DNA from: Candidatus Parcubacteria bacterium
Lineage (GTDB): Bacteria > Patescibacteriota > Saccharimonadia > UBA4664 > JBIOIQ01
DNA length: 64,000 bases
Direction: 5' to 3'
Assembly (NCBI GenBank): GCA_963718875.1
Contig: OY970378.1
Span: forward strand, 1,075,691-1,139,690
Shown here: positions 38,620-49,800 of the stretch, in pieces
Position numbering within the stretch: the stretch's first letter is position 1
Layout: each line of letters starts with the position of its first letter
The notes under the pieces: generated by a model
Databases searched by the model: none
What the model was told of the DNA's origin: nothing
Seen by the model: the letters and a program-made list of their open reading frames with translations, nothing else
Made by a program: the position numbers and the translations under genes

Positions 38620-40188
38620 ATGTCAAAACTTACCCCTCCCCCATCACCGTTGAAGGTGTTATTTGTTTCAGCCGAAGTTGCTCCCTTTTCTTTTGTGGGC
38701 GGCTTATCCCAGGTATCTTATTTTTTGCCCCGTGCGCTGGTAAAGCGCGGTCTCGATGTGCGCGTTTTTACACCGCGTTATGGCAATTTTAAGGAAGAGC
38801 TTATCCCGATGCTGGAACCAGTCATACCCAGCCTTATGGTCCCGACGGGCGAGGCAAAGGGCGGAGAGCACCCTCACGAATTGGAGGTAGCGATTAAAAC
38901 TATCAAAGGCGCAAAAGGCGATGAGCCCATTGTTTATCTATTGGAAAACTTGGAATACTACCAACATCGTGCCAATGTTTATTCCTACGGCGATGACCAT
39001 GTCCGCTTTGGACTGCTGTGCCGAGCAGCTTTGGAGTTTCTTAAATCCGGCGTTTTTGTACCTGATATTATCCATTCAAATGATTGGCATACGGCTTATT
39101 TATTAAACTTGTTACGGGTTGAAGAGGCTAAAAATATTGATTTCAAAAAAATCGCCGGTATGCTTACCATCCACAACACACATCAGGGTAACTTTGATTT
39201 TCGACATGCACCAGAGAGCGAAGCCGACGATGGGTCTGGTCACCTAGCGCCGTTGTTTAACGCGCGATTTAAACGCCAAAACGGTCTTAAGCGCGGCGTT
39301 ATCCATGCTGATCTTGCAAACACCGTTTCAGGGACCTACGCACAAGAATTAATGACCGAGGAGTTGGGAGCAGGTTTGGATCGAATCTTTCGAGAAATGC
39401 GAGGCAAATTGTATGGCGTTATTAATGGCTTAGATTATGATGATTTTAACCCCAAAACTGACCGGCTAGTGCGGCATAATTATGACAAAGACGAGCTAAA
39501 CTTGAGAGCAAAAAACAAAGACGAGCTGCAGCGGCTATTTGGTCTTGACCAAGAGCCAGATACGCCGCTTTTGGCATTATCGGGACGGCTAGATACTCAA
39601 AAAGGCATTGAGCTGGTTATAAAAGTACTTGAGCGGCTAATGAACGAGCTTGAGATGCAGATTGTGGTGATGGGCGCGCCTTCAGGAGCAAACAGAGATG
39701 AATACCGCAAGTTTTTTGAGGGACTAGCTAAGCTATTTCCAGGTCGTGTAGGTTTACACCTGCAGTCTGATTTTAGCTTGCCACGGCAAATTTTTGCCGG
39801 AGCCGACATGCTACTTATGCCAAGCAAATTTGAGCCCGGGGGAATCGTAGCCGTTGAAGCCATGCGTTATGGCTGTGTACCAATTGTGCGCGCCACTGGC
39901 GGCCTGGCTGATACGGTCAAAGATTTTGATCCCACAACTGGTGAGGGTTGGGGATTTTCGTTTAAACGATTTTCGGAACTCAGTTTGTTAATCGCCATAG
40001 TGCGAGCTATTGAAACGTTCAAGCATAATGACGCATGGGAAAGTGTGGTGCTTCAAGCTATGGAGCAGGACTTTAGTTGGGATAAAACTGCGCTGGAATA
40101 TCTTGACCTCTATGAAAGAGCTATAAAGTTTCGCGAAGCTTCAACCAAGGCCAACCCCGCCATGGCATTTAAGCAAAAGGTGCGCTAG
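38620..40188 (+). CDS. glgA: glycogen/starch synthase (GlgA-like, GT5 plus GT1 domains)
   Basis: KVLFVSAEVAPFSFVGGLSQV N-terminus typical of the starch synthase catalytic domain. Confidence 0.75.
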   Translation: MSKLTPPPSPLKVLFVSAEVAPFSFVGGLSQVSYFLPRALVKRGLDVRVFTPRYGNFKEELIPMLEPVIPSLMVPTGEAKGGEHPHELEVAIKTIKGAKGDEPIVYLLENLEYYQHRANVYSYGDDHVRFGLLCRAALEFLKSGVFVPDIIHSNDWHTAYLLNLLRVEEAKNIDFKKIAGMLTIHNTHQGNFDFRHAPESEADDGSGHLAPLFNARFKRQNGLKRGVIHADLANTVSGTYAQELMTEELGAGLDRIFREMRGKLYGVINGLDYDDFNPKTDRLVRHNYDKDELNLRAKNKDELQRLFGLDQEPDTPLLALSGRLDTQKGIELVIKVLERLMNELEMQIVVMGAPSGANRDEYRKFFEGLAKLFPGRVGLHLQSDFSLPRQIFAGADMLLMPSKFEPGGIVAVEAMRYGCVPIVRATGGLADTVKDFDPTTGEGWGFSFKRFSELSLLIAIVRAIETFKHNDAWESVVLQAMEQDFSWDKTALEYLDLYERAIKFREASTKANPAMAFKQKVR

Positions 40189-40775
40189 TTTTTTTTGCGA
40201 ATTATGAATCAAGAATCATGAATTATGGCGCCAGTATGGGCAATTGTTTTTCGAAGTAGCGACCCGTACTGTCATCCTCGATCGGAAGGCCGAAATACAA
40301 TTGCCTTTACGTACAATCGTCCGCTCCGGATCGGGGATCCACCATCGATGTGCACAGTGAATTGACGGCTGTGCATTCTTCTAACAATGATCGAGCCATA
40401 CTTATTGTGGAGTCATTATTTATAACTGTATTTTATCCTAACCCAGATTATTAAAAAATGATTACGGGGGAATATAATTCATTTTAGCCCTTTTTAGAAT
40501 TATATAACTTGTTATATAATTCTTGCTACTTATGAAAATTGCAAGCTTGTAGTGCAGCATATTCATAAAAATATGAGTTATTTTTGCAAACTCTTTATAA
40601 AATACGCCAAACATTTTTGAAAATTATATAACTCCTAAAACCGCCAAAAGGCGATATGCCTACCTGTAGCTAAAATTTACATATCGGTCAGAAAAAATGA
40701 TTTTTTGCTTTTTCAGCCGGGAAAATTATTGAAAATGAATTGCTGACCGTGAATTATCAAATCTCCCATTAAACT

Positions 40776-40838
40776 GTCATTCCCTATAGGAAGCCAAACT
40801 CCACCATTGCCTAGTTTGGTACTCCTGATAGGGAATCC
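40776..40838 (+). other. conserved two-tier hairpin element, copy X
   Basis: Outer stem TCCCTATAGGA/TCCT(G)ATAGGGA, inner stem CCAAACT/AGTTTGG, 12-nt loop. Homologous to 58314..58372 on the opposite strand. Confidence 0.4.
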
Positions 40839-41053
40839 AGAATAAAAACATTCTAAATTTTTCATACTGGGTCCCCGATTAGAAGCGGTCGTTGACCTCT
40901 AAAGAGTGACTGAAAAGACCTTTCTGTCGAGGATGACATACGGGGTGTTAGTGGATGTTTAGGGATTCACGGACGAATAAGTTTGCAATTTTTCTATTAT
41001 TAGTGTAAAGTATGTTTACTTTTGTCCAACCCAAGACCACGAGGTGATAAGAA

Positions 41054-41575
41054 ATGGCAAACGTACCAACCGCACCTGTCACGATAACCGAAGAGCAGTT
41101 CATGGCCTTGCACACGCTCTGGCTGGCAATCCCCACCCACAGCCCTCTCGACTTCGCACGCATCCTCTGCGAAGTACTGGATTTGCCGTTTGAGGCAGTT
41201 AGAGACGGGATGGAGTTCAAGCTGCTCGGGGGTGTGTTCGACGAAGACGGCGAGGACGAATGTCTAATAGGTTGGCTTCATGGAATTATCCCCGGAGTCG
41301 TCCTTTACAGCGACCCATTGCTCGATAACAGCCTACTGGCAGGGTTGTTACAACGACAAACAGACGGGGTGTTGTATTCGGTGCGTCACTTCGACCCATG
41401 CGCCAGGGTGCGCATCTATGACACCCGTCATGTCTCGGCCGGTTTCCGGATTTGTCCAGCTGTCATGACGGGGGACTATGACCGACAGCAAGCGCTACCG
41501 ACGGTCGGCTTCGCGCCCCATCGCTGGAATCAAGAACTTCAGCCCTGGCTCGAGCGCTGGCTTCCCAAGACCTGA
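41054..41575 (+). CDS. hypothetical protein, high-GC island
   Basis: 173-aa ORF with ~58% GC, flanked by AT-rich DNA. Followed by a cttacgc...gcgtaag hairpin. Confidence 0.45.
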   Translation: MANVPTAPVTITEEQFMALHTLWLAIPTHSPLDFARILCEVLDLPFEAVRDGMEFKLLGGVFDEDGEDECLIGWLHGIIPGVVLYSDPLLDNSLLAGLLQRQTDGVLYSVRHFDPCARVRIYDTRHVSAGFRICPAVMTGDYDRQQALPTVGFAPHRWNQELQPWLERWLPKT

Positions 41576-41666
41576 CCGAAGATCCGGCCAATAACCACAC
41601 ACAACCACGCCTCCAGGCGGCCACTTACGCTTCCGCTTGGAGGCGTAAGTCGTTTCATATATAGTA

Positions 41667-43355
41667 GTGAACATGACCAATCAAAACCTTAATTCGCTCT
41701 CCAATCCTGTCCCAAAGTTAACCCCCCAACATCCAATCGCATTTTTTAGTGCCGAATACGCGATAGAAAACAGCCTGCCAATTTACGCTGGAGGCCTTGG
41801 CGTGCTGGCTGGCGACATGGTGCTTGAAGCGCAAGCCGAAAACCTGCCTTTTGTGGCATTTGGAGTCCTATATTCCTACGGCTTTGATACTGCCGGCCAG
41901 AAAAATGGCCGTTTAGACCCTGTGACCGCTGGCTTTTCACTGATAGTGGATGGAGATGAAACCTTAACTGTAGAGGTGCCCTGTAACGACCATTTGGTAT
42001 TAGTGCAGGCTTGGCAAAAAGATTATGGCTCGGCTAAATTAATTTTGCTCGATACCGACCATCCTCGTAATAACACCGAGGATCGCCAGTTAACAGCGCA
42101 TCTGTATGACCCGAATATTATAACTAGGACGTGCCAGGAGTGGGTGGTGGGCCTAGCAGCTGGACAATTTATGCGTAAGCTCGGTATAACCCCGGCAGTA
42201 CATCATATTAATGAAGGTCATACGGCTTTTGTTATTGTGGGTCTGGTTCTAGATTATCTGCAAAATAATTTACATTCCAGTTTTGAAGAGGCGAGAGAAG
42301 TAGTGAGGCAGCAGGTGGTTGCTAGCAAACACACCATTCTGCCGGGCGCAGGATTGTTTATAGACCGCTTGGTGCTGCGCTCGATTGCTGGAGCCGCGCT
42401 TCATAACGTAAATTTTGACGACTTATTTGCGCTCGGCACGACCCCTGGCCGACCAGATCATTTCTCTACGACCAAATTCATTTTAGCCCATGCCCGCGCC
42501 GTCAGTGGCGTAAGCAAGCTCCATGTAGCGCGCGAAAAAGCCGACCACCCCACTAGCAAACTAATTCCAGTAACAAATGGGGTGGCCAGTCAAAGATGGT
42601 TGGCACAGAACTTTCGCGAGCGCCCGCATACCGAGTTATCCGACAATGAATTATGGAAATTGCACACTAGTAACCGTAGCGACCTCACGGCCATGGTGAA
42701 TGATACTGTTGGCAGCCGCTTAGACCCAAACTTCCTAACTGTGGTGTGGGCAAGGCGAATTACAGCCTATAAGCGTCCGGCGCTATTGTTTAACAACCTC
42801 GAGCGGCTGGAGCGCTTGGTAAGCTCTACTAAAATACCGGTGCAATTCATTATTGCGGGCAAGGCCAACACTGAAGATACCGAGGCAAGACGGATTTTAG
42901 AAGAAATATTAAAAAATTGCCGTTTGCCAAAATTAGAAGGGCGAGTTGTATATTTACCCGGTTATTCCGTACGCACCACCCAGGCCTTGTCCGCTGGAGC
43001 CGACCTTTGGTTAAATACTCCCATTCGAGGGCAAGAGGCCTGTGGTACTAGCGGGATGAAGGCTAGCCTTAACGGTGCATTGCAGCTTTCTACCAGCGAC
43101 GGATGGATTGATGAAGTGTCGGCCGACTGTATTGGATGGAAACTGCCTGAAGAAGGTATTGAAAGCGCCCTTTATGACACATTAGAAAATAAGATTGCGC
43201 CGACTTTTTACGATTGCAACAAGGATGGTGTCCCAGAGCAGTGGGTCCGCCGCATGCGAGATACAATGACTTTGATTGAAAATGACTTTACAGCCAAACG
43301 CATGCTCCATGATTACATGACTAGGCTGTATTTTTCTAGCGCTCAAGGACTTTGA
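41667..43355 (+). CDS. glgP: alpha-glucan phosphorylase (GT35, short GlgP-like form)
   Basis: FSAEYAIENSLPIYAGGLGVLAGD N-terminal motif. Confidence 0.8.
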   Translation: MNMTNQNLNSLSNPVPKLTPQHPIAFFSAEYAIENSLPIYAGGLGVLAGDMVLEAQAENLPFVAFGVLYSYGFDTAGQKNGRLDPVTAGFSLIVDGDETLTVEVPCNDHLVLVQAWQKDYGSAKLILLDTDHPRNNTEDRQLTAHLYDPNIITRTCQEWVVGLAAGQFMRKLGITPAVHHINEGHTAFVIVGLVLDYLQNNLHSSFEEAREVVRQQVVASKHTILPGAGLFIDRLVLRSIAGAALHNVNFDDLFALGTTPGRPDHFSTTKFILAHARAVSGVSKLHVAREKADHPTSKLIPVTNGVASQRWLAQNFRERPHTELSDNELWKLHTSNRSDLTAMVNDTVGSRLDPNFLTVVWARRITAYKRPALLFNNLERLERLVSSTKIPVQFIIAGKANTEDTEARRILEEILKNCRLPKLEGRVVYLPGYSVRTTQALSAGADLWLNTPIRGQEACGTSGMKASLNGALQLSTSDGWIDEVSADCIGWKLPEEGIESALYDTLENKIAPTFYDCNKDGVPEQWVRRMRDTMTLIENDFTAKRMLHDYMTRLYFSSAQGL

Positions 43356-43362
43356 AATTAAT

Positions 43363-43977
43363 ATGACTCCAGACACGCCCTTTTCGCCAGACTCTCCCGA
43401 TGCAGAGGACCTTTTACTGGAAGGTACTGATACGGGTGAGCGTCGTGAAAAAATTGCATTCAATGGCACTATCAGACCTATTGCTCCTGGGGACACTGAT
43501 CAGATTAGGCCTATTTTAGAAGAGTTGGTGCGAGATAGCGAGACTGGACAGCCAATAAGAGATGAGATAGAACGCTACATTCAGGCAATGGAAGAAAGCG
43601 CTCAAGGTAACAGCGACCGCATTTTCATGGTGGCTCAATCTGGCGAGGGCCAAACTGTGGGAGTTATGGGACTTGCAAGCCCAGATGAAGAACTGAGACA
43701 TTACGCTGAAACGGATTTGCCGATTGAAGCTATTAATGCGTATGTGACGGGTAGCCATCGTGATAGAGGTATCGGTAAACTTTTATACTATGCTTTAGAA
43801 GAAAAGGTACGTCTGATGGGATTTACTGAAGTTTTGGTAGGTAGTGGCCCACGTTACGAGAAGCTTGGGTATCCTTTTTGGATAAGTTTGTTTGGTCAGC
43901 CTATAGCGATTATAAAAAATAAGTACGGTCCGGGACAGGATGCTCCAGTGTGGCGCAAAAGCCTAATCGAAAATTAA
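43363..43977 (+). CDS. GNAT family N-acetyltransferase
   Basis: RDRGIGKLL acetyl-CoA-binding motif A. Confidence 0.65.
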   Translation: MTPDTPFSPDSPDAEDLLLEGTDTGERREKIAFNGTIRPIAPGDTDQIRPILEELVRDSETGQPIRDEIERYIQAMEESAQGNSDRIFMVAQSGEGQTVGVMGLASPDEELRHYAETDLPIEAINAYVTGSHRDRGIGKLLYYALEEKVRLMGFTEVLVGSGPRYEKLGYPFWISLFGQPIAIIKNKYGPGQDAPVWRKSLIEN

Positions 43978-44015
43978 AGGGAGCCTCCCTTGAAGTTGTT
44001 ATGTTTAATGATCAT
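43974..44015 (+). repeat. REP-like palindromic element copy 1 (AAGGGAGCCTCCCTT + GAAGTTGTTATG)
   Basis: Palindrome immediately after the GNAT stop. Same consensus as 45651, 50036 and 50694. Confidence 0.45.
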
Positions 44016-44029
44016 GTTAAAATAGCTTC

Positions 44030-44347
44030 ATGGATCAAATGCAGCTTATAAAAGACCTTGGTATTGAAGGACTCGACGAGAAACATCAGCAGCAGTTACT
44101 AGCCAGTTTTGCCGACTTGGTGCAACTACGTATGACCGAAAAATTAAATGCTTACCTGGATGACGCTGCCTTAACCGAGTTAGATGACTTGGCCGAACAA
44201 CAAAAAGGCGATGAAGCTTTGGCAAGCCTTGAACAATATGTTCCCAATTATCAAACTATTCTTGCAGAAACAATCGAGGAGACTAAAGTAGAGCTAAAGC
44301 AAGACGCCCAAGCTGTGCTTCAACGCGTAAATAGACCAACGTCCTAA
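44030..44347 (+). CDS. hypothetical acidic protein
   Basis: 105-aa ORF. Confidence 0.4.
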   Translation: MDQMQLIKDLGIEGLDEKHQQQLLASFADLVQLRMTEKLNAYLDDAALTELDDLAEQQKGDEALASLEQYVPNYQTILAETIEETKVELKQDAQAVLQRVNRPTS

Positions 44348-45654
44348 TGGGCGCTGACACTTTACCAGCCTCGCCTGAAGCAGACGGTGAATTTCGCTCA
44401 GCCTTGAATGTGGCTGACTTATTGGGCGAAAGAACACCAAATGATTTGTCTGGTTTGCCAGAATCGACTTTGACCGATACTTCTCCTGACCGCAGTGATC
44501 ACGCACCATCTGCAGAGGACTTTGCAGATCTACCACCTATACAGAGTTGGGGTGATGCCGTGCGTGAGAGCGACGCACTGAACGCCAAATATACCGACAG
44601 CGACGGTCGTCATCTACCAATGACTCCAGAGGATGCCAGGCGCCACATGCAGCTGATTGTCTATCGCGGTGACTACAATAGCGCCTATCACGAAACGGCC
44701 GACCGCCTACACGATGAACTTGATGACGCCAGAGAAGCGTTTCTTCAGGCACGAGTCAAGGGACATACTAACGAAGAAAAGGAAGCTACCCAAAAAGCTT
44801 ACAAAGCTAAGCTCTTTGAACTTATTGGATCTGATATTAAATACCAAACCGGAGAAACTGCCAGGCCAGAGCTTTCTACCGTCATAGGGACTCTCATAAC
44901 TGAGGCTCAAAAACGCGAAGAACGGATTACGGAGATGCGCGCCGGAACAGTAGGCGGTAAATTTCGAAAGTTTTTCCGTAACCACCCGGGAATATTAATG
45001 GGTACGGCGGTAGCTGCCTTCGGGGGAAGTTTACTGACTGCCAAAACTGGTATATTACCAGAAGTAGCTACCGATACAGCCAACTATATAGCCACGTTTA
45101 TGGTGGGGGTAGCTGGATATGCATCTACGCGCGATTCTATGGCGGCAGTGCTGGCAAGACGCGTGCAGAAACAAGATAGTGAAATAACTGCCACCCGGGA
45201 AGAGGCTTTTTATGGTGACGAGAGCGCCGTCTCTCGTTATATTGATCAGCGACAAGTAAGTTCTTTGCCTGATCTTCAAAAGCAAACCGCTAGTGACGAC
45301 CCAGATCAAAACAGAAAAACCGTTAAGTGGCTTGAAAAAGCTAGGGATTTGCATTACGACAAAGACGATGCCGATGAGGCTCAAATGCTACGGGCCAACT
45401 CGGAAGATCTGCTGTCGAACAATGGGCTCGTTGAACTACTTAAAAGCCAACCTGAATCCGCCCAAACTTATGAAGTTTTGGCTCGGTTAATTGAACGACA
45501 AGTAGACGAAGCGGGCAAAAAAATTGATCAAAGCCGTCGACATACGCGAATATCAAAGCTCGTTGGGGCAACTGCTGGCGTCGCAACCCTTGGAATGACG
45601 TCGTTATTCGGGTATCAACGCATAGACGCTCCAAGCACTACCTCAAATGATTAA
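44347..45654 (+). CDS. hypothetical protein with acidic N-terminal region and central TM segments
   Basis: 435-aa ORF. No motif recognised. Confidence 0.45.
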   Translation: MGADTLPASPEADGEFRSALNVADLLGERTPNDLSGLPESTLTDTSPDRSDHAPSAEDFADLPPIQSWGDAVRESDALNAKYTDSDGRHLPMTPEDARRHMQLIVYRGDYNSAYHETADRLHDELDDAREAFLQARVKGHTNEEKEATQKAYKAKLFELIGSDIKYQTGETARPELSTVIGTLITEAQKREERITEMRAGTVGGKFRKFFRNHPGILMGTAVAAFGGSLLTAKTGILPEVATDTANYIATFMVGVAGYASTRDSMAAVLARRVQKQDSEITATREEAFYGDESAVSRYIDQRQVSSLPDLQKQTASDDPDQNRKTVKWLEKARDLHYDKDDADEAQMLRANSEDLLSNNGLVELLKSQPESAQTYEVLARLIERQVDEAGKKIDQSRRHTRISKLVGATAGVATLGMTSLFGYQRIDAPSTTSND

Positions 45655-45690
45655 GAGGGAGCTTCCCTCGAATTTGTTATGGTTAATGAC
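45651..45690 (+). repeat. REP-like palindromic element copy 2 (GAGGGAGCTTCCCTC + GAATTTGTTATG)
   Basis: Directly after the stop of 44347..45654. Confidence 0.45.
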
Positions 45691-45731
45691 TTGCGCTACA
45701 TCTGGATATTTGGTAACTTAAAGTACAAGTT

Positions 45732-46844
45732 ATGAGCAAACGTTTGACTAAACCAGTTGAAACCAAAAAAAACGTTAAGGGTCGTCCCGAAAGGGGCGAT
45801 TTTTTTAAAATCAGCCCGAGCGAGTTAGTGCTGTCCGACGGGGCGCGCTTTAATGGATTTTCGCCGATTTGGCAGTCCGAGAAGTACGAAGGAGAGGTGG
45901 TCTTTAACACCGGCATGACCGGATATGTCGAGTCTTTAACTGATCCGTCCTATTCCGGTCAAATACTGGTCTTTACCTATCCATTGATTGGAAATTACGG
46001 AGCTTTGTCGAATTCTAGTTGGGAGTCAGATAAAATTTATGCAGCCGGTGTGGTAGTAAGTGAGGCTTGTACAAACTGGAGCCACAGCGCTAGCCAGAGT
46101 TCGCTATTGGAATGGTTGCAGCAACAAAATATCCCAATAATAACGGGGATTGATACGCGGGAGTTGACAAAACATTTGCGCTCACGCGGGACTATGTCCG
46201 GTGTCATTACCGATAAGATCGGTTCGGCCGCGCCATTAAACAATTTAAAGACCGTTAAGGTTAAGCTCCAACCGCCCAAAGTTTATAACGAGCATGAGTC
46301 AAAACTGGTAATCGTTGTTGATTGCGGTATGAAACAAAATATTTTGAGATCCTTACTCGCCCTTCCCTTGCAGGTAAAGCGCGTCGCTTATAACTATGAC
46401 TACAGCGGTGAAAGTTATGATGGGCTGTTGATATCTAATGGACCCGGAGACCCAACTGATTACCCCGAAACAATTGCTATCGCAGCTAAGGCTATGAAGC
46501 TTGGCCGGCCCATGTTTGGCATATGCTTAGGAACACAAATAATGGGGCTGGCGGCAGGAGCGCAAACTTATAAGCTGCCTTTTGGGCATCGTGGGCACAA
46601 CCAACCTTGTATTGAGCCTGAAAATGGGCGTTGTGTAATAACCAGTCAGAACCACGGATATGCCATAGACGAAACTACTTTGCCTAAGGGGTGGAAGGTT
46701 ATTTTTCGAAATCTCAATGACGGCTCCGTGGAAGGGATTGCTCACAATACCAAGCCATTTTGGTCGGTTCAATTCCACCCTGAAGCGACACCAGGTCCAA
46801 CCGATACCAAAGGGCTATTTGAGAGGTTTTACGCGAGCCTATGA
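45732..46844 (+). CDS. carA: carbamoyl-phosphate synthase small (glutaminase) subunit
   Basis: GICLGTQ catalytic Cys, HRGHNQP. Confidence 0.9.
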   Translation: MSKRLTKPVETKKNVKGRPERGDFFKISPSELVLSDGARFNGFSPIWQSEKYEGEVVFNTGMTGYVESLTDPSYSGQILVFTYPLIGNYGALSNSSWESDKIYAAGVVVSEACTNWSHSASQSSLLEWLQQQNIPIITGIDTRELTKHLRSRGTMSGVITDKIGSAAPLNNLKTVKVKLQPPKVYNEHESKLVIVVDCGMKQNILRSLLALPLQVKRVAYNYDYSGESYDGLLISNGPGDPTDYPETIAIAAKAMKLGRPMFGICLGTQIMGLAAGAQTYKLPFGHRGHNQPCIEPENGRCVITSQNHGYAIDETTLPKGWKVIFRNLNDGSVEGIAHNTKPFWSVQFHPEATPGPTDTKGLFERFYASL

Positions 46845-49800
46845 GCAAGCCTAAGCAAACTAAAATACTTATACTTGGATCGGGCGGCTTGCGCATTGGA
46901 CAGGCAGGTGAATTTGATTATTCTGGATCCCAAGCCATAAAAGCCCTCAAGGAAGAGGGCATCTATACTGTGTTGATAAACCCAAATGTAGCCACCGTCC
47001 AAACGGATGGAGACATGGCCGATAGGGTCTATTTTCAGCCGCTCAATACGGCGACGGTCACAAAAATTATCAAGCGAGAACGTCCAACTGCTATTTTCCT
47101 AAGTTTTGGTGGTCAAACCGCCCTCAACCTTGGACTAGCGCTAAACGACGATGGAACGCTCGCAAAATACAAAGTTGAGGTACTCGGTACGCCGGTAAAA
47201 GTCATTAAGACCACCGAAGACAGGGAGTTATTTAAAAAAGCATTGTCCCAGATTAATGTTAAAACTGCCAATAGTTTGGCGGTGTACTCTGTGGCAGAGG
47301 CACTAAGCGCTGCCAAAAAAATTGGCTACCCAGTAATGATGCGGTCTGGATACAGCCTAGGCGGTCTGGGGTCAGGACGGGTAGAAACAGCTGGGGAACT
47401 CAAGACCAAAACTGCCGAAGCATTTCAGGCTGTGCCCCAAATATTAATTGAAGAATATTTGGGAGGATGGAAAGAGGTGGAATACGAGGTAGTTAGGGAT
47501 GCAGGTGGTAATGCTATAACCGTATGCAACATGGAAAACTTGGATCCTATGGGTATCCATACCGGAGAAAGCATTGTGGTGGCACCGTCACAAACTTTGA
47601 CCAATGAAGAATACCACCGCTTGCGGGAAATTGCCATCAAGACCATTTCACACCTGGGGATTATTGGTGAATGCAACATCCAATATGCGCTGAATCCAAT
47701 TAGTGGCGACTATCGGGTTATTGAGGTTAATGCCCGCCTCAGCCGCTCGAGCGCTTTAGCCTCCAAAGCTACCGGATACCCGCTGGCACATGTGGCGACC
47801 AAGCTAATGTTGGGTCAGCTGTTAAACGAAATTAAAAATTCTGTTACCGGTTCCACGCCAGCTTTTTTTGAGCCAGCTTTGGACTACATTGCAGTCAAAA
47901 TGCCGCGCTGGGACCTAGATAAGCTCAAATCGAGTAGTCATAGATTAGGTTCTGAAATGAAAAGCGTAGGGGAGGTCATGGCCCTCGGGCGTTCTTTCCC
48001 AGAGGCTTTGCAAAAAGCCATTCGAATGCTTGGCATTGGCGCAGATGGACTATCTTATAATCCTCATAAATTCCTTAAACCCATTGATGAAGTCCAGCAG
48101 GCTACGGATAGGCGCTTGTTTGCTGTATACGAGCTGTTTAAACGCGGTCACGACGTGGAAGAACTTCACCGAATGTCCTCTATTGACCGGTGGTTTTTAC
48201 ATCACATTAAGTCAATTCAGGAATTGGAGAAGGAATTAGGCGCTTCCCCGCTGTCACGCGACCGTTTGCTTCAAGCTAAAAAAATGGGGTTTTCAGATAA
48301 GTCTCTGGCTAGATTGCAGGGTACAACCGAACCTGTTATTCGAGCACGACGTAAAAAGCTTGGGATTACGCCGGTTATAAAGCAAATTGACACATTGGCA
48401 GGAGAGTTTGATGCTGAAACCAATTATCTTTATGCGACTTATCATGGTTCTAGTACGGACGTCAAACCACTTAGCAAAAAACCGGTAATCGTTTTGGGGT
48501 CTGGCCCATACTGCATTGGCTCATCGGTTGAGTTTGACTGGTGCGCTGTCAATACCGCTAAAACATTGCGACAGCAGAACCGTCCTACAATTATCATTAA
48601 CTCTAATCCTGAAACGGTTTCGACAGATTTTGACCATTCTGATAGATTGTATTTTGAAGAGTTGACATTAGAGAGGGTGCAAGACATTGCGGAATTTGAG
48701 TCTGGTGCAAGTATTGTAGTGTCAGTTGGAGGCCAAATTGCGAATAACTTGGCGTTGCCTCTGAATAAGGCCGGTTTTAGTATTTTGGGAACTGCAGCAG
48801 AATCAATCGACCAAGCGGAGGATCGAAAAAAGTTTTCATCAATGCTAAACCGTCTTGGGGTTGACCAGCCAGAATGGGAAGAGGTGACAACCTATGCGAA
48901 TGCCAAAAAATTTGCGAAAAAAGTAGGTTATCCCGTGTTGATTCGTCCTTCATACGTTTTGTCTGGCGGAGCCATGAACGTTGTAACGGACGAATTTGAG
49001 CTTAAGCATTATTTGGAGGCGGCAACTCACCTTTCCCCAGATCATCCGGTAGTATTGTCGCAGTTTATTACTAATGCCAAAGAGCTAGAAGTTGATGGAG
49101 TAGCCGATAATGGCCAAGTAGTGATTTATGCGATCAGTGAGCATGTGGAAAACGCTGGCATTCATTCTGGAGATGCCACAGTAGTGTTGCCGCCTCAGCG
49201 GTTGTACCTGGAAACGATTCGTCGCAGTAAAAGCATTACTAAGCAAATTGTTAAGACTCTCGGTATTACTGGTCCTTTTAATATCCAGTTTATTGCTAAG
49301 GATAACGATATAAAAGTTATTGAGTGCAACGTCCGGGCCTCCCGTTCATTCCCTTTTGTTTCTAAAGTAACCAACCATAACTTCATTGCCATCGCTACTA
49401 TGACTATGCTTGGCAAGGCGCCGAGGGCAGAGTATCAAACTTTGGAGCTTGATTATGTCGGCGTAAAAAGTCCGCAATTTTCGTACAACCGCCTTAAAGG
49501 AGCCGACCCAGTGGCGGGAGTGGAAATGGCCTCTACTGGCGAGGTGGCATGCTTGGGAAGTGACCTTGTGGAAGCATTTTACGCCTCTTGGCTTGCTACC
49601 GAGCAAAGCGTACGTGGTAAAAGTCTGTTTGTTAGTATTGGCGGGGATCATAAGCACAAGCTGATTGATGAAATCCAAAAACTTCATGGGTTGGGTTGGA
49701 AATTATCTGCCACTGAAGGAACGCGAGATTATTTGAAGGTTCGCGGCGTCCCTTCCAAGTGTCTTTACAAGCTGAGCGAGCAGGTTGAGCCAAGTGTGGC

